NCBI GenBank assembly: GCA_002104905.1
Contig: MCFE01000116.1
Coordinates: 100,132-164,131, forward strand
DNA: 64,000 bases
Direction: 5' to 3'
Source of the DNA: Basidiobolus meristosporus CBS 931.73
Taxonomy: Eukaryota; Fungi; Basidiobolomycota
Both the position numbers and the translations under genes were made by a program. Below the pieces are notes generated by a model that saw only the letters and a program-made list of their open reading frames with translations, did not search any database and was not told where the DNA came from. Shown here in pieces: positions 23,042 to 37,468 of this stretch (the stretch's first letter is position 1; every line of letters begins with the position of its first letter).

Positions 23042-24499
23042 GGGGCATTTCGCTTTGGTCTAGCTGACAAGATATAAGGGATTACGCATGTTTGAGTTCA
23101 GGCTCTTCAACCGCACACCGCCAACTTAATGTAACATATGTCCACAATCAAGTTGGGAATTTTGACACATAAATTAAATCTGCCTGTATGTATGCTGATG
23201 GTGTGTACAAATCATGATTTAGCACCACTTATTCATGTACACTGGATGGCTAGGTGAGTGAATATAAAGTGCTTATACTCAAGATTGAGTCTAGTGGATT
23301 GAGCATAGAACTTTTGCAAGACGTACCCTGTGAGTTTGACAGATTTTAATTACGGCATAGGCTGGTTAAACTAAATGTAGAAACATGTCATGGATGGATT
23401 TTTCCAAACTTAAGGTCTTTGGGCTTCTGTGCTGAACTAGCAAAATATCTGTCAAATGCTCAATGAACTGGACATGGTATAGAGTGAATGAGTAGGTGCA
23501 TTACTGAAGATTTACAATCCATACGGTAGTGGCTACTCACGTATTGTGGATTGTCTAGCACCTACACTTGGATTCGGAGTAATTAACAAGAAACAGGAAA
23601 CTAAAAAGTAAGCATCAACCTCACTCCTTGGGTTTGATAAATTACCCACCTCAGCACATCAATCCAAAGAATCCTAATTCAGCCCCATCGATACAAGATT
23701 TTGATCTTATGGTGATTTACGATCTAATAAAAAATGAAACTCCATGACCAATCATTTTTTTTTCCTAGAGCCTGTTTGAGAAATCCCAATTTTGCTCACA
23801 ACAATCATCATGACCCTCCCCCTACCTACCGTCAACGCGTGACTTTTGAGGAGTTGAACTATAGTACTATGTCTGGTATGACAAGTGCAAGTTTACGTTG
23901 CCGTAGTGAATAGGTCGCTTCTAAGTAGACAGAGGTAATCTTGCAATTCTTCGCCTTCCTGTCCAGCCACAAGGAATAGAGACTCTCTGAAGTTGGGCCC
24001 CTATGCATATGGGCAAAACATCACTCATCACAAATCATTGTATCAACAAGAAAATCGCCAATTCAACAGTGGTGGGAATCACCGGAATCACCGGAATCAT
24101 ACATAATCAAGGTATTCGAGAAACCATTTATTCTGGCCATGAGGGAGGTGATGCATTCGTGACGTCAACGATTAATCCTAGAACCGATAACATTTAATCG
24201 ACCCCCGCTAAATTCACACCAGTTAACACTAGATTATCGAATTGATGAACATCACCCATCTACCCCAAATATGCACCACCAGTAGGTATATTCAAGCTTA
24301 AATGAGCTCATTAGCTGTGAGGCCCATACAACGGGTAGAGAGGATGCTAGAAAGCCGAAGGGTATAGGTGGCACTTCTTCGATCTAAATCTAGAATCTGG
24401 ATCTATTGGTGTGACCATTTTCCAAAATATAAAACCATTTGGCTCTCCTCGGGATTCAGTGTGCCTTGACACTACACTTCCAATCTCCCATACATTAGC

Positions 24500-25078
24500 A
24501 TGACTCAATACCTGACTGCCATCCCAGTGACCAGAGAGAACTTCGCTCCTTACGGAGATGTGGTCTGCGCTCATGACGGGCCTTTCATCAGCGCTAACCA
24601 GGGTACTGCCCAACGCTACAACCACGTTGCCACCTGCACCAACAACCGGGAAACCGAGAAGTCCGATGTCCCCAAGGCGAACCCTAACTTGTGCGTGTTC
24701 CGATGCAAGCCAGCAACCCAGATTCCTTTCCCCATCAAGCTTCTTGAGCGTCACCCCTACTCCTCCCAATGCTTCGTCCCCATGGCTACCGAGCGCCCAT
24801 CCAAGGGGTACCTGGTCATCGTCGCGCTGAACGGAAAGGACGACAAGCCCGACCTCTCCACCATGAAAGCCTTTACCTTCGCACGCAACCAAGGCGTAAA
24901 CTATGGAGCCGGAATCTGGCATCACCCAATGGTCGCCCTTGAGGAGCTCACCGACTTCGGCTGCATTGTGTGGGAAAACAAGGTCCCCCATCACGATTGC
25001 AATATTGTCGAAATCGGAGGTGACTACAAAACCCACATTCCTGGCTACCGCGCCGCCTCCCCCTCCACCAAGCTCTAA
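24500..25078 (+). CDS. DAL3: Ureidoglycolate lyase (allantoin catabolism)
   Basis: FAPYGDV, ANQGTA, LLERHPYSSQCFVPM and GVNYGAGIWHHPM motifs of the AllA/DAL3 family. Confidence 0.93.
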   Translation: MTQYLTAIPVTRENFAPYGDVVCAHDGPFISANQGTAQRYNHVATCTNNRETEKSDVPKANPNLCVFRCKPATQIPFPIKLLERHPYSSQCFVPMATERPSKGYLVIVALNGKDDKPDLSTMKAFTFARNQGVNYGAGIWHHPMVALEELTDFGCIVWENKVPHHDCNIVEIGGDYKTHIPGYRAASPSTKL

Positions 25079-25436
25079 ACCCATTCACGTTACATAGCAT
25101 CTGCAGATCATGTGTGAGCATAAACATCATAAATAAATAAACAAAAGCATTTCACCAACAATTTCCTCCATCTATTCTCATACCACCAAAGCAATCAGTG
25201 ACCACTGCTCTTGATATTATCACATGGCAACTTCATGCTCCCAGTCAGACATCAGGAAATGTCGCATGATTCACGTGACCAGATGATCCGTACCGATCCC
25301 TCTGATCGCGGCCGATCAGAAAAGATCAATTAAAAAAACAAAAAAATCGGGGGAAGATCTCATTTAATAGATGGTTCTTCGGAGATGGAGCAACCCCTTT
25401 CGCGTTTGCCAAAGTTTACGTGCAGACTAATCCAAG

Positions 25437-26359
25437 ATGGCTGTTGGAAAGAACAAGTAAAGAGCGAATTTCACATCCCCGCCAGATTCAGTTTCGATTC
25501 TAACCAGTTACTTCGGATGTAATTAGGCGCCTCTCTAAAGGAAAGAAGGGTTTGAAGAAGAAGATGTAAGTTATCCATCAAGCCTCAGCAGATCCATCCA
25601 TCGATCCCCACCCAGGCATGATGCTAACCGTTTGAATTGGTATCTAGCGTTGATCCCTTCACCCGTAAGGACTGGTATGACATCAAGGCACCATCCCTTT
25701 TCGAAGTCCGCAACGTTGGTAAGACCCTTGTCAACCGTACCCAAGGTTTGAAGAACGCCACCGACTACTTGAAGGGTCGTGTTCTCGAGGTCTCCCTCGC
25801 CGATTTGAACAAAGACGAGGACCAATCTTTCCGTAAGATTCGCCTCAGAGTTGATGAAGTTCAAGGCAAGAACTGCCTCACCAACTTCCACGGCATGACC
25901 TTCACCTCCGATAAATTGAGATCCCTCGTCAAGAAGTGGCAATCTCTCATCGAGGCCCACGTCGATGTCAAGACCACCGATGGCTATCTTCTTCGTCTCT
26001 TCTCTATCGGTTTCACCCGCAGAAGACCCAACCAACTCAAGAAGACCACCTACGCCCAATCCGCTCAAATCCGCCAAATCCGCAAGAAGATGTTCGAGAT
26101 CATGACCCGCGAGGCCTCCACCTGCGACCTCAAGTCCTTGGTCCAAAAATTCATCCCTGAGGTGATCGGCCGTGAGATCGAGAAGGCCTGCCAAGGTATC
26201 TACCCTCTCCAAAACGTCTACCTCCACAAAGTCAAGATCCTCAAGGCCCCCAAATTCGACGTTGGCAAATTGATGGAGCTTCACGGAGATGCCTCTGAAG
26301 ATTCCGGAGCCAAGATCGCCAAGGAATTCAAGGAACCCCAAGTCTTCACTGACATCTAA
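25437..26359 (+). CDS. RPS1: 40S ribosomal protein eS1 (S3a), two short 5' introns
   Basis: Spliced [36 protein letters not shown]...; GT-AG introns after AACAA and AAGAT. Confidence 0.98.
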
Positions 26360-27079
26360 ATGTACTCACACTACCATTTAATAAACATCATACAAAGTGC
26401 GATACAAACCAGACCTCAACCGCTCTGCCGGGATCTGTTGTACACAGCAATCGCAGAGGACAGCCCAAGCCACAGTACAGCAGCCCTATCATACGCCTCG
26501 AGACCCTTGAGGACAACAATTAAATTAGGCACTAGACAGGTCGGCGTGAGCAAGTACATGCATAAAGTGGATATTAATTGCATTAGTCATTGAGTAGAAC
26601 CCAAGCACAAGGGGCAGGTGATTGGTGAGCGAGGTTAGTCTGTCACACATTATCAGTACGGTACCAAACTTCCCATACAATCAACACCGTACACTCCGTG
26701 CAAGAGTATCCCTTAAACGTACGAGTTTAGGAACATTGATTAATGATTCTAATGATAATATATGGATTTCGTGCCAGTAATTTATTCTATTTATGCTTTC
26801 CTGTTCAATCTATCCTGGTCCACGGTCACTCTCTCCTTTTCCCTCCTTTCATTATAGCATAAATTTTGCCAGTTCAACTTGGTCGTCCCTCCATTTTTAT
26901 CCCCGCTTGTTGTTTGCCCTTTTCCACACCGCCTTCGCTTTACTGTGGCTCCCGTTTATCCTCCCCACCCCCACCTGCAGCAGCCTTCCTGCTAAAAGTC
27001 TTTTGAACCGTCCCACTCCCCTCCCCCGTCGAAATAGCAACGTCCGTCCCACCCCCACATATCCAGAATAAGAACCAGC

Positions 27080-28285
27080 ATGAGCGACATATCGGAAAGA
27101 ATCGCCGTTGCCAGAAGAGATGCAGAACAGCTCAAAGAGAAGATTCGGCAGAAAAAAGATAGCCTGGCCGATGCGACACGTAAGAGCCAGCGTTCGAGTG
27201 CCCGGGGTTGCTTTTAATGTTTCCTTCCCTCCTGTAGTGAAGAACATCGCTGCCGAGTTGGAACCGCTCCCCAGAATAGTCATGAAGGTGCGCCGTTCCC
27301 TTAAGGGGCATCTCGCCAAGATTTATGCCATGCAGTGGGCCAACGACGAGCGTCACCTCGTTTCGGCCTCTCAGGATGGAAAGTTGATCGTGTGGGATGC
27401 CTACACAACAAATAAGATCCATGCTATCCCATTGCGCTCTTCGTGGGTGATGACCTGCGCATATGCCCCTTCTGGGAACTTCGTTGCATGCGGTGGATTG
27501 GATAATATCTGTTCGATTTATAACCTGAAGACCAAGGAGGGCTCTGTCAAGGTGGCCAGAGAGCTGAGTGCACACACGGGATACCTATCTTGCTGCCGAT
27601 TTCTCAGTGATCGCCAAATCCTAACCAGCTCGGGAGACATGACCTGTATGCTTTGGGACATTGACGCCGGAGTGAAATTGATGGATTTCGCGGACCACAC
27701 CGGGGATGTGATGAGGTATGGAGTTGTCTGGTTGTGAATCCGCGCCAAGTTACTAACCTTTCCCATCAGCCTGTCCCTTGCCCCGGAGAAAAACATCTTC
27801 GTGTCGGGCGCTTGTGACGCAACCGCCAAAGTGTGGGACATTCGAACCGGAAAATGCGTACAAACGTTCACAGGCCACGAGTCGGACATCAACGCCGTTC
27901 AGTTTTTCCCTAACGGGGATGCTTTCGGCACCGGCTCGGACGACACAACATGTAGGCTGTTTGATTTACGGGCAGACCGAGAGCTGAGCCAATACGCACA
28001 CGATAACATCTTATGCGGGATTACCTCGGTGGCGTTCTCGGTGTCTGGTAGACTTCTGTTCGCCGGCTATGACGATTTCAACTGCAACGTTTGGGACACA
28101 ATGAGGGGCGATAGAGTCGGTGTGCTGGCTGCACACGAGAACAGAGTAAGTTGCTTGGGCGTGTCTGCGGATGGTATGGCTCTATGTACCGGCAGTTGGG
28201 ACAGCTTACTAAAGGTAATCCTCCTCAGTCTACTCTACCCTGAGCCCCAACTAACAATCCGACCTTTTACTAGATCTGGGCTTAG
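27080..28285 (+). CDS. gpb1: Heterotrimeric G-protein beta subunit (WD40), intron-containing
   Basis: N-terminal coiled coil, [38 protein letters not shown] and a final exon IWA-stop; GT-AG introns. Confidence 0.97.
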
Positions 28286-29332
28286 ATAGATGTGCTCTTG
28301 TTTATCCCCCACATATATTCCACTATTCACTATTTATTGTTCAGTTTCCATCCCGTTTTACTTGTAGCTAAAGAGTCTCCCCCACCCATATTTTCTTGAT
28401 ACATTCCTCGCTGTCACCCTTACCCTTACCCTCACCCTCACCCTCACCCGCGCCTTCCCATACACATGTATTCTTCCGTTGATTTCGTATATTCCGTTTG
28501 TCTGTCAAGAGCCTGACTTCCCCTTTTCTATGGCTAGCATCACTACACTCAATTCTACCCCACCTTTGCTTTTGACTACATCATTACCCTTGGCACCTAC
28601 CTCGATATCAATGATCTGATTTTATGGAAAGCCTTTTAATCCACCTGTTCGAAATGTTGCTGTGTTTTACTGCTTGCGTAGACCTCTGGCAGTTGTCAGC
28701 CGGGAAAGTGGCATGTGTGACGAAAGGGCAGAACGGCTCATAGAATTAGGGTGGTCTGTCGCGTGTGGGCCACACACAACCCTTGCCAGGAATGGAGGCG
28801 CAACGTTCAAGATGGTTGCCAAAGCTGTTACCATTCCTAGACTGGAATGCAAAATCATTAGCCATTGGCTTACCCGTGGATCATTTGTCAATCAAATGTA
28901 CAGTCTGAATTGCTCTATGGGCGGATCAGGAAAGACCACCTCTCCACCAATGGAAGGGGATGCCTTCCTGGTCTGCTGATCACCATCCAGAGTACTGCGA
29001 TCATTCGTTACGTTTGACTGTATTGATCTGGAATCTCGTTTCACAGCGCGGATTGAGCCGGTTATTTTAGCATTCTTTCCTCCAACCCTTCGCCATCATA
29101 TAAATACTCAATCCCGACGGCGAGGGCTTAATTTGAACCAAGGCCGAAAATTAAGGTACGTCTCGATGGTATTTGGCTCGGCATCCGATAGATTGCGATG
29201 GATTGTCAGAGACTAGCTTGCTCCATCTGTTTCACCGCATTGCATTTGGGTTGATCACTCACTTCAATTTATATCCACTTATTTGCCACCCTCCACTCTG
29301 CAGTACATCTACGCAAACACCAACCATCCTAC

Positions 29333-32301
29333 ATGGAAACTATTCATGATATTTTCATTCCGGAAGACCATCTACCGGCAACCATTATTTCCTACAAAGT
29401 CTCTTCGCACGAAGCGATAAAGAAACACCAACCGATCTGTCTCTACCAATCCACCACCCACGAAGACACCCAAGAGGCTCCCCACAGTAGAGAAGTCCAG
29501 GAGCTCACGAGTCCATTTGAAGGAACCATCCTTGCCATCTTGACCACCGTCGGAGAGGAGATTACCAAGAAAGGGTGACTCTTCAGGAATTATCGTCGCC
29601 TGCATACGAGGGATTTACTGAGCAACTTGTTTTCTAGTCGTTCTATATTGACGGTCAAGGAGCCCAACCTCCAGGAAGGGTCTCGCGCAGAACAGCCAAA
29701 CATGTTAGTTTACGTTTCGGCCCGTTTAATCACCATTCCCACTATATGCTAATTGATGGACATTAGCCCGGGAGCGGAAAAGGTCACCCCTCATATACCC
29801 CAGGACTTTAAGGTAACTCTCCCACTGAGCACGAGCCTGTTCTCAGAAGAATTAATCCCAGGGCATGTTCAAGGACGCTGACCAGGTGGACACAGAGGGA
29901 CTGCTTAAATCGCGAAAGCTTTCCCTGATTGTGGATCTGGATCAAACGATCATTCACACAACGGTGGACTCCATCGTTGAAGATTGGATCCATGATAAGA
30001 GCAATGCCGACAACCCAGCCATCCATGTAGGAGTGTGATCGATTGATTCCTAGCCAATCTCCAGTCTAATCGCAGTCACTTACATCTAGGAAATTTCGAA
30101 CTTCATCTTGCCGGACAGTCTTACCATGTTTTACATCAAGCTTCGGTCAGTTGTTCGATTAGCAAGTTGCGTCGCATTTGCTTTGCCCTGACTATTTGTT
30201 CTCGACAGCCCTGGTCTGAAGGAGTTCTTGCGAGAGATCACTCAGCTCTATGACCTTCATATCTACACCATGGGGTCCAGCAGCTACGCTGAGGCCGTTG
30301 CCCTTGCCATCGACCCGAACCAAGAGTTCTTCAAGGAGAAGATCCTGTCACGTGACGAGAATGAGGGTAAGTCTGGATGGTGGTTTGTGGATAGTGGATG
30401 GTGGCTAACCCTCGTGCGCTAGAGATGACACAGAAAACGATTCAGCGTCTCTTCCCATATGACACCTCGATGGTAGTAATCATTGACGATCGGGGCGATG
30501 TCTGGGAATGGTCACCGAACCTTATCCGAGTGAAGCCATGTAATGATTGTTTCCGGTTCGTCAATCATCTGTGAAGCCCAACCTAACTTTCCGTTCGCAG
30601 ACGAGTTCTTCGCCGACTACGAGGAGATCAACGACTCGTTCCTTTCGGAGCCAGAGGTAAATCCATCGCATGGAATCCACATCAACCCATGGCCTGATCA
30701 GCTAGACGTATTCTCTGCTAACAAGGAGTGCAAACCGTCGGGAGCTACAGAGTTCTCATCCGATCCCGAGTTCACCGAAACTCCCAGCTACCGGCCTACA
30801 GGTGGGATTTTCGATTGTCACTCAACCAATCATGCCAATGTTCCTTACGGATTATTATCCCCGTAGAGCAGGTAATGGACGAACACAAGGGAAATCCCGG
30901 GTCTAACGAGACATTGCTTCCTAATCAAGCTGAAGAAAGGCCAATGCCCATCGATAACGATACTGAGTTGTTCACGCTACTCAAGGTATCTATGGCATAT
31001 GTTGAAGTCCAAAATACATTAAATCTGATGTTTGCCTAGGTCTTGAAAGCTATCCATCGGTCGTTTTACAACGAATACACGCAGCGTAAAGGTGATGGGA
31101 TGACGCGTTTCAGACCCGGCCATCCCGACGTTAAAGTAAGCTTTCCAATGCTCATCGAGAGGTATGTGTGAGCTAGGATCTGACTCTCGACATTAGAGCA
31201 TTATCGCGTCCATGAAGCACCGTGTTCTGAAAAACACCAATCTTGTCTTCAGCGGGATAATCCCAGTTGGCTGCGACCCAACAACGTATGTTAACGTTTT
31301 TGTGATGAATTGGTGTCCGGTATAGTAATTGTACTTGTTATAGGTCGGATATCTGGTCTCTTGCTCGTATGTTTGGTGCACAATGCTCCACCAACTTGAA
31401 CAATCAAGTAACCCATGTGGTAGCAAGCAAGGTATATATTAAGGCGATGTTGTCGTTGAGCCGCGAAAGCTAAATGCCTGATGTTCTGTAGCCCGGAACG
31501 GCCAAGGTGAACCACGCCCAGAAGATGCCACATGTTCTTATTGTTAAACTGGAATGGTAGGTACATCCATCAACTTTGGAAACCCAACGCTAACCTCTCT
31601 CTGGAAGGTTGCTCGATTCAATCTCTCACTGGGAGCGACAGGACGAGAAATCGTATCTAATCCATGATGCCCCACCACCCCGTATAAGCTTGAGCGGGTT
31701 TGATAGGGACGGAGACACAGGATCCATCACGATCGATCCAAACGAAATGAATGAACATATGCTTCGCATGGATTGGAGTGATGCGGCGCGTGAAGTCGAA
31801 GAGTGTCTCGGCGATTCAGACTTCAATACTGTCACTTCCGAGCCAGACTCAGAACGAGAGGAGGATGGAGAAGACAAGAGCTCATATCGCAAGCGGAAAG
31901 TGCGAGACTTTCTTCGCCCGGAAGGAAGAGGGTTCATTAATGCCGAGGAAATCGAGCAAAGCGGGATCAAACGGATGCGTGCCCTTCGCGCCAATACATC
32001 CCCTCTCAAATACCAGATAAACTTCATGGAAGACGACGTGTTTGAGAGCCAGTCCGATGTGCTTAATGAGCACCAGAGTGATGGAAGTGGCAACAACAGC
32101 TCTAGTGAAGCTGAGGAAGCAAAAGAGGAGGAGGAAGTGGATGATGATATCGACTTTCTAGAGGATTTCAGTCGCGAAATCGAGGAAGAACTAAGCAAGC
32201 CTGAAACACCAGCGCCCGCTCAGCCCGAATGGATGTCTCTGGCGCTCGATATATCCAATAATTCGGTGACATCCCCAACGCATATCCATGAACGTTGCTA
32301 G
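29333..32301 (+). CDS. FCP1: RNA polymerase II CTD phosphatase, multi-exon
   Basis: LSLIVDLDQTIIHT (DxDxT), KLRPGLKEFL, IIDDRGDVW, a BRCT-like segment and an acidic C-terminus. Exon boundaries not fully resolved. Confidence 0.92.
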
Positions 32302-32552
32302 AAACGGTACTTCACCATCATCACTGTTAGAGAAATCGGATTTTATTGTAAATATTTCAATGGGAGTTAATTTATGCGTCAGTTTAGTTGCATTAAAGAT
32401 TTTGTGTTCAATTGAATCAACTCAATCCCATCCAATCGAGCCAATCAATGGGTGGAATATTTGAACATTGGCCCCTCCACTAAGTGACCCAAGTTACGTT
32501 AAAACTAGATCCCCCGTATCTGGAGGTTCTCTGTTGAAAACGAAGCCCAAGT

Positions 32553-33987
32553 ATGACCGAACAAGAACGTAAACTCTCGTTCAAAAAAGAGGAGAAAATC
32601 TTGTGCTTCCATGGGCCGTTGCTGTATGAAGCAAAAGTAGGGAGTGCTTTTATTGGTTTTTGTTGTTGTTGTTGTTGGCCATTACGGGAGAGCGGGGTTG
32701 TTTTTTTCTGGATTTCAAGCAGATCTCAAACCCTCTCTTGGAGAGCTTTCTAGCGGAAGTTGCGCATTCTAACGCAGCGTCTTTTCCATAGGTTCTTAAG
32801 GCTGAATGGTGGGATGCTGGCGTAGATCCCGAGACCGGGGAAGAGCTGGAAGAAGGGCCACACTACTTCGTTCACTACAAAGGCTGGAAAAGAACGTAGG
32901 TTTTTGGAAATGAACCACCCCCTCGTTCATTTGTCTTGATAAGGGGTTGTCCTCTGATGGGTTCGAAGTGACTAATTTCTGACCTTCGAAGTTGGGACGA
33001 ATGGGTGCCCGAATCACGAACCTTAAAGCACAATGCAGAGAATCTGGCGAAACAATCGGAGCTCAAACAAGTGTATAAGACGAAGAAAGGGGGCAGGAAT
33101 AAGGAAACAACAAGTACGACGCGTAAACGAAGTCGGGAAACGTCAAGCGAAAAAGCGAAGGTACGGATTCCATCATGGATAGGAAAAGGGAGCTGCTAAG
33201 CTTTTCTGAAACATTAGCAAACCGATGAGGCTTACTGGAAGCCCCCAGATATCAGAATTCTCATCCCTGGCCCGTTGAAGGAGCGGCTAGTCACCGATTG
33301 GGAGTGGATCGTGAAGCAGCAACGCGTATGTACCGCAACAAAGCCACAGTCCAGATGGATTTCACTCACCCAAATGCACTTTAGCTCGTTCCACTACCAC
33401 GTTCGCCCAGCGTCACCGCAATCCTTGATGAGTATCGCATATTTTCCTCCACCCGCAATGGAAATCGAGAAAGGTACGTGAAGGATTACCGGTGGTTACC
33501 GAGCTAGGTGCTGACCAATGCATCAGCGTGGACATCATGAATGAAATTCTGCTTGGAATCAAGCAATACTTCAACAAAGCCTTGGGCACCATCCTTTTGT
33601 ACCGATTTGAACGAGAGCAGTTCTCCGATTTCACCGTTGAATCACCCCAGCAGGAAGCGGCAGATATCTACGGAGCAGAGCATCTCCTACGGCTATTTGG
33701 TAGGTTTGATTAACGCCCTCGATCATTGCTGGCTGCGAAACTCACTGAACCATTCCTAGTGCAAATGCCCATGCTGCTCTCGCATGCCAACATGGAACAG
33801 GACGGGATCAGCATTATGCGAGACCACTTCTCCCACTTCCTCAAGTAAGTGCCAGCTTGGACATCATCTCCTGCTCACTCTAACCGGGCCCCTTCGTAGT
33901 TATCTGCAAGAGAATAAGCACTATTTCCTTGATGAATATGACAATGCCTCACCCGAGTACATCTCAAGGGTCAAGAAATCCAGCTAG
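32553..33987 (+). CDS. EAF3: Chromodomain/MRG-domain protein (NuA4/Rpd3S subunit), multi-exon
   Basis: CFHGPLLYEAK, YFVHYKGWK, WDEWVP, LKERLVTDWE and YGAEHLLRLF motifs. Confidence 0.95.
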
Positions 33988-34618
33988 AGCTTCATGTATA
34001 GTCACCCTAATTTATGTATTCTTTGTAATAAATAGTCCCCAAAACTGAACTGATACAGCTAAACTTGGTCGAAGCGTAGAAGGCGTCCTGTTGGGCGTGA
34101 ACAAACCATACAATGGATTTGTCAAGTACGAACATTGATAGGAACCAACTCATGCACACTAACCTTAATGAGCTCCTCAAATATGTAGAGAACGGACGAG
34201 ACTGGGCCAGACGACGAGATCCGGTGAAGGTTTCGACCAGATCCATCACCCCAATTCATCTGTTTATTCACCAAGATTAGTATGAGGCGTTGGGCAGACC
34301 GTATTGGAGAAATCCGTGGTCCAAATTGGTTGGAAACCGCACGAATCATCACTTCGCATGGTTCGATGACTTTTCGCTGCTTCCGGATGGAGGGAAGTTG
34401 GTTCGGTTTTGGCGGATAAATCAATTACCTCGCAGGCCTAATCGCAGCACTGCTCAAGCCTAATTGTGAGGGGATGGTCCTGTGGCTCTTACGGATGCAC
34501 TCGGCCTGCTTATTGGCAGAGATCAGATCAAGAGCAAGGGCTCCTTAGCGAGCGATATCTTGTGAGCCAGTACAAACCATATAAAGACCCATAGTCAGGA
34601 GCCTATCTTAGTATCACC

Positions 34619-35083
34619 ATGAGCTCCACGTCTCCGTCCTCCGATCAACACCAGGATGCGGAGGAGAAAGCCAACTCTCTAGATCGAGCCGACCTCGCCG
34701 AGGAGAAGAGCCAGGAGTCTGTGTATAAGCAGCATACCGAGAAAATTCGGTTACTTTCGTTTCTCTCCAGTGAATACTCAATGGACTTCCCAGTCGCCGA
34801 GGAGGTCAACAAGGAGGAAACGTTTTGCTGGAACCTCGGATTTGACCAGAAAATCACCACTCCGGCATCCACGAAGAGACACCTATTCTCTCACAAGGGG
34901 AGTCGGGTGCTGCTCATGCATGGATTAAAATCACGTTCCTCCACCACACACCCCTATTCTATACCTTCTCTCCAAGGAACTTGTTTTTTGCAGGACTTAA
35001 AACAACAAATCAATATATCGTTCAAACGGTCCGCCCCTAGCAACCGTGGCAGAACGTCATTGATAAACCGACTTCGCTCATGA
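34619..35083 (+). CDS. Hypothetical protein (3' part possibly spliced)
   Basis: 154-aa ORF with an ATG and a TATA-like CATATAAAG near 34579; no recognised family. Confidence 0.4.
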   Translation: MSSTSPSSDQHQDAEEKANSLDRADLAEEKSQESVYKQHTEKIRLLSFLSSEYSMDFPVAEEVNKEETFCWNLGFDQKITTPASTKRHLFSHKGSRVLLMHGLKSRSSTTHPYSIPSLQGTCFLQDLKQQINISFKRSAPSNRGRTSLINRLRS

Positions 35084-35249
35084 TTTCACCGACATGTACC
35101 ATACACCCTCTCCCCCCACAGCTACAAGCGCCCCCCCAAACCATTGATTAAACGGGCAAATTGTATTGTTGTTATTGTATACCATAGCTTTAGGCTAGTT
35201 TATTGTAACTTACATGGGTGATGAGTATGAGGGTGGGTCGTTGTGGAAG

Positions 35250-36438
35250 CTATTTGGATAATTTCTCGGTTAATTCGGGAACGGCAGTGAAAAGGTCGGC
35301 AACTAATCCGTAATCGGCAACTTGGAAAATAGGTGCATCGGCATCCTTGTTGATGGCAACAATCACTTTACTATCCTTCATACCGGCCAAGTGCTGAATA
35401 GCTCCCGAGATACCAACGGCAATGTACAGTTGTGGGGCGACAATCTTTCCGGTTTGTCCCACCTGAAGCGAGTTGTCAGCGTAACCAGCATCGACGGCGG
35501 CACGGGAGGCACCAACAGCAGCATCGATCTTGTCGGCCAAGTCGTAGAGAATCTTGAAGTTGTCGCTGCTCTTCAGGGCACGGCCACCGCTGATGACGCG
35601 AGATGCGGTGCTCAAATCTGGTCTGTCGCTCTTGCTGATTTCCTCCTTGATCCATTGAACAGTATCGGGCTTTTCTGCATCAGGGGCTTGCTCGTTGGCG
35701 GCGGCTTCGCTCTGGCTACCAGCAGCGGGGAAGGAAGTACCACGAACAGTGATGATTTTGATGGCGTCATTGGATTTGACCTTGGCAATGGCATTACCTT
35801 TTATCCGGTGATTCGAGCGACAATTAGCAACGGTGGCGACGACGTTAAACGTTCCTAGAGACTTTACCTGCATAAATAGGTCTGACAAAGGTATCGGCAG
35901 ATTCGACGGCAGTGATATCGGAGACTTGGGCAACATCCAAGAGTGCTGCGACACGGGGGAAAATGTTCTTTCCAAAGGCAGAGTGGCCAGCCACCAAGTG
36001 AGTGAAGCCAAGGCTTTTCTGGGTGGCAGCCAACAAAGGAGCATAGGTCTCTGGCAAACCATGCTCGTAAAGCTTATCCTTGGCAACAAGCACTTTGGAG
36101 ACGTTTTCTAATTTACTAACGATGTTAGCGACTTCCTCAGGATTCTCGCCAGCTACCAAAGCGGTGACGTTGCCGCCAAGCTTGGCTGCTGCGCTCAGAG
36201 CGCTCAATGTAGAGGGGGCAACAGCGTTGTCTTTATGTTCTACAAGAAGAAGAGTTGAAACATCGCTCGCGGAAGCATAACCACGAGTGAACAAAGCGGG
36301 GGCCTAAAGTATCCAAGCACATTAATACTGTTTCCACAAGACATCCATGCTATGCAAGTATCTGCGTACGTTTCTGAAAGAGGAATTCAAGATGGGCTTG
36401 AATTGGGGGGCAACGAAGAGGCGTCTTGTAGCGAACAT
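35250..36438 (-). CDS. ETFA: Electron transfer flavoprotein alpha subunit, mitochondrial
   Basis: Spliced targeting peptide [23 protein letters not shown]; [41 protein letters not shown]. Confidence 0.96.
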
Positions 36439-37208
36439 ATTTGCTGGCAACTGAAGTCAATGGAAGTGAGATAGGCAAATTGCACCTTGACCAAAAGTAA
36501 GGAATAAAAGGAGTATATTTCCATTAATCACATGATTATTCCTTCGCTAACAAATTGTAGCATTGGTGCTAAGAAACGTAATTCAGAGCGTGGGGAAAGA
36601 TAAATCAGGCTTAGCAAATAAAATTCCCATGGTTCATGAGCTGATTGGGGTAGCAAAAGGTGTGATTCTCATGCTTTGCCGAAGCGATCATGTCTAATTT
36701 GTATTCCGATGGGATGTGTTATTAAAGGACGGAATAACTCGTTTGTGTTCCTCGAGCACTTCCAATTCGAACCGCTACGCGTGCTGGTGGAGATCACCTG
36801 AATTGTCAGGGCCTCTTCAACCCCTAGTGTCTGTAGTGTTTGCTCGGTTGGCAGGTTACACTCAACGTAAAGTGGAATGTCTGGGGGAGTGGAATTTCGC
36901 TAAGTTATTCTTGCTTGTAATCCTGTTGATGATCTTTCACCAGAGTCTTAACCGACTTCGCTTCAAAAACTTTTTGCCGTATCACTTGACATACACCTGA
37001 TAAAGTCCCATATCACTTGCTTCTCTGCCATCAGGCATCAGGAATCCTATCACTGACATCAGACAGTTTCACTTTCAAGCCAAAGGGTATGCTGAGCTCA
37101 TTACATATGTTAGCTTATAGCAGAGAGGCTCAGCAAATTGGAGCCATAGGCCTAGGCCATTCATGATAGTATATAACGTTCAGTATTGTTTCCGCTCCAG
37201 CTCAAAAA

Positions 37209-37468
37209 TGACTCTTTTAAGCCCGCAACACTACCATCCAAAAACGATATACAGAGACCACCAGTTTCCCCACCTTGCGATTATTGGAAATGTGTGCAGA
37301 ATCAAATCACCTCACGGGGAGATAAAGGAGAACGATTTGGTGTTGATTGAAGATGCACTAAATATCGAAGAAGGGGAGAATTATTACTGGATCAACAAGA
37401 TTGAAAACCAAAACGAAGTTGTTGGTCCAAGAATAAGAATTCACAAGAATGATCTTCTTCTGGAATAA
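37209..37468 (+). CDS. Small hypothetical protein
   Basis: 86-aa ORF from the ATG at 37209 with protein-like composition; no homology recognised. Confidence 0.25.

Noticed and set aside
28416-28449. CCCTTA/CCCTCA hexamer run resembling an interstitial telomere
   Set aside because: No exact CCCTAA units; lies in the pyrimidine-rich G-beta 3' region and is best read as a microsatellite.
24347-36111. Long antisense ORFs over DAL3, RPS1, FCP1 and ETFA (for example 25571-26341 minus)
   Set aside because: Shadow ORFs produced by codon bias of highly expressed genes.
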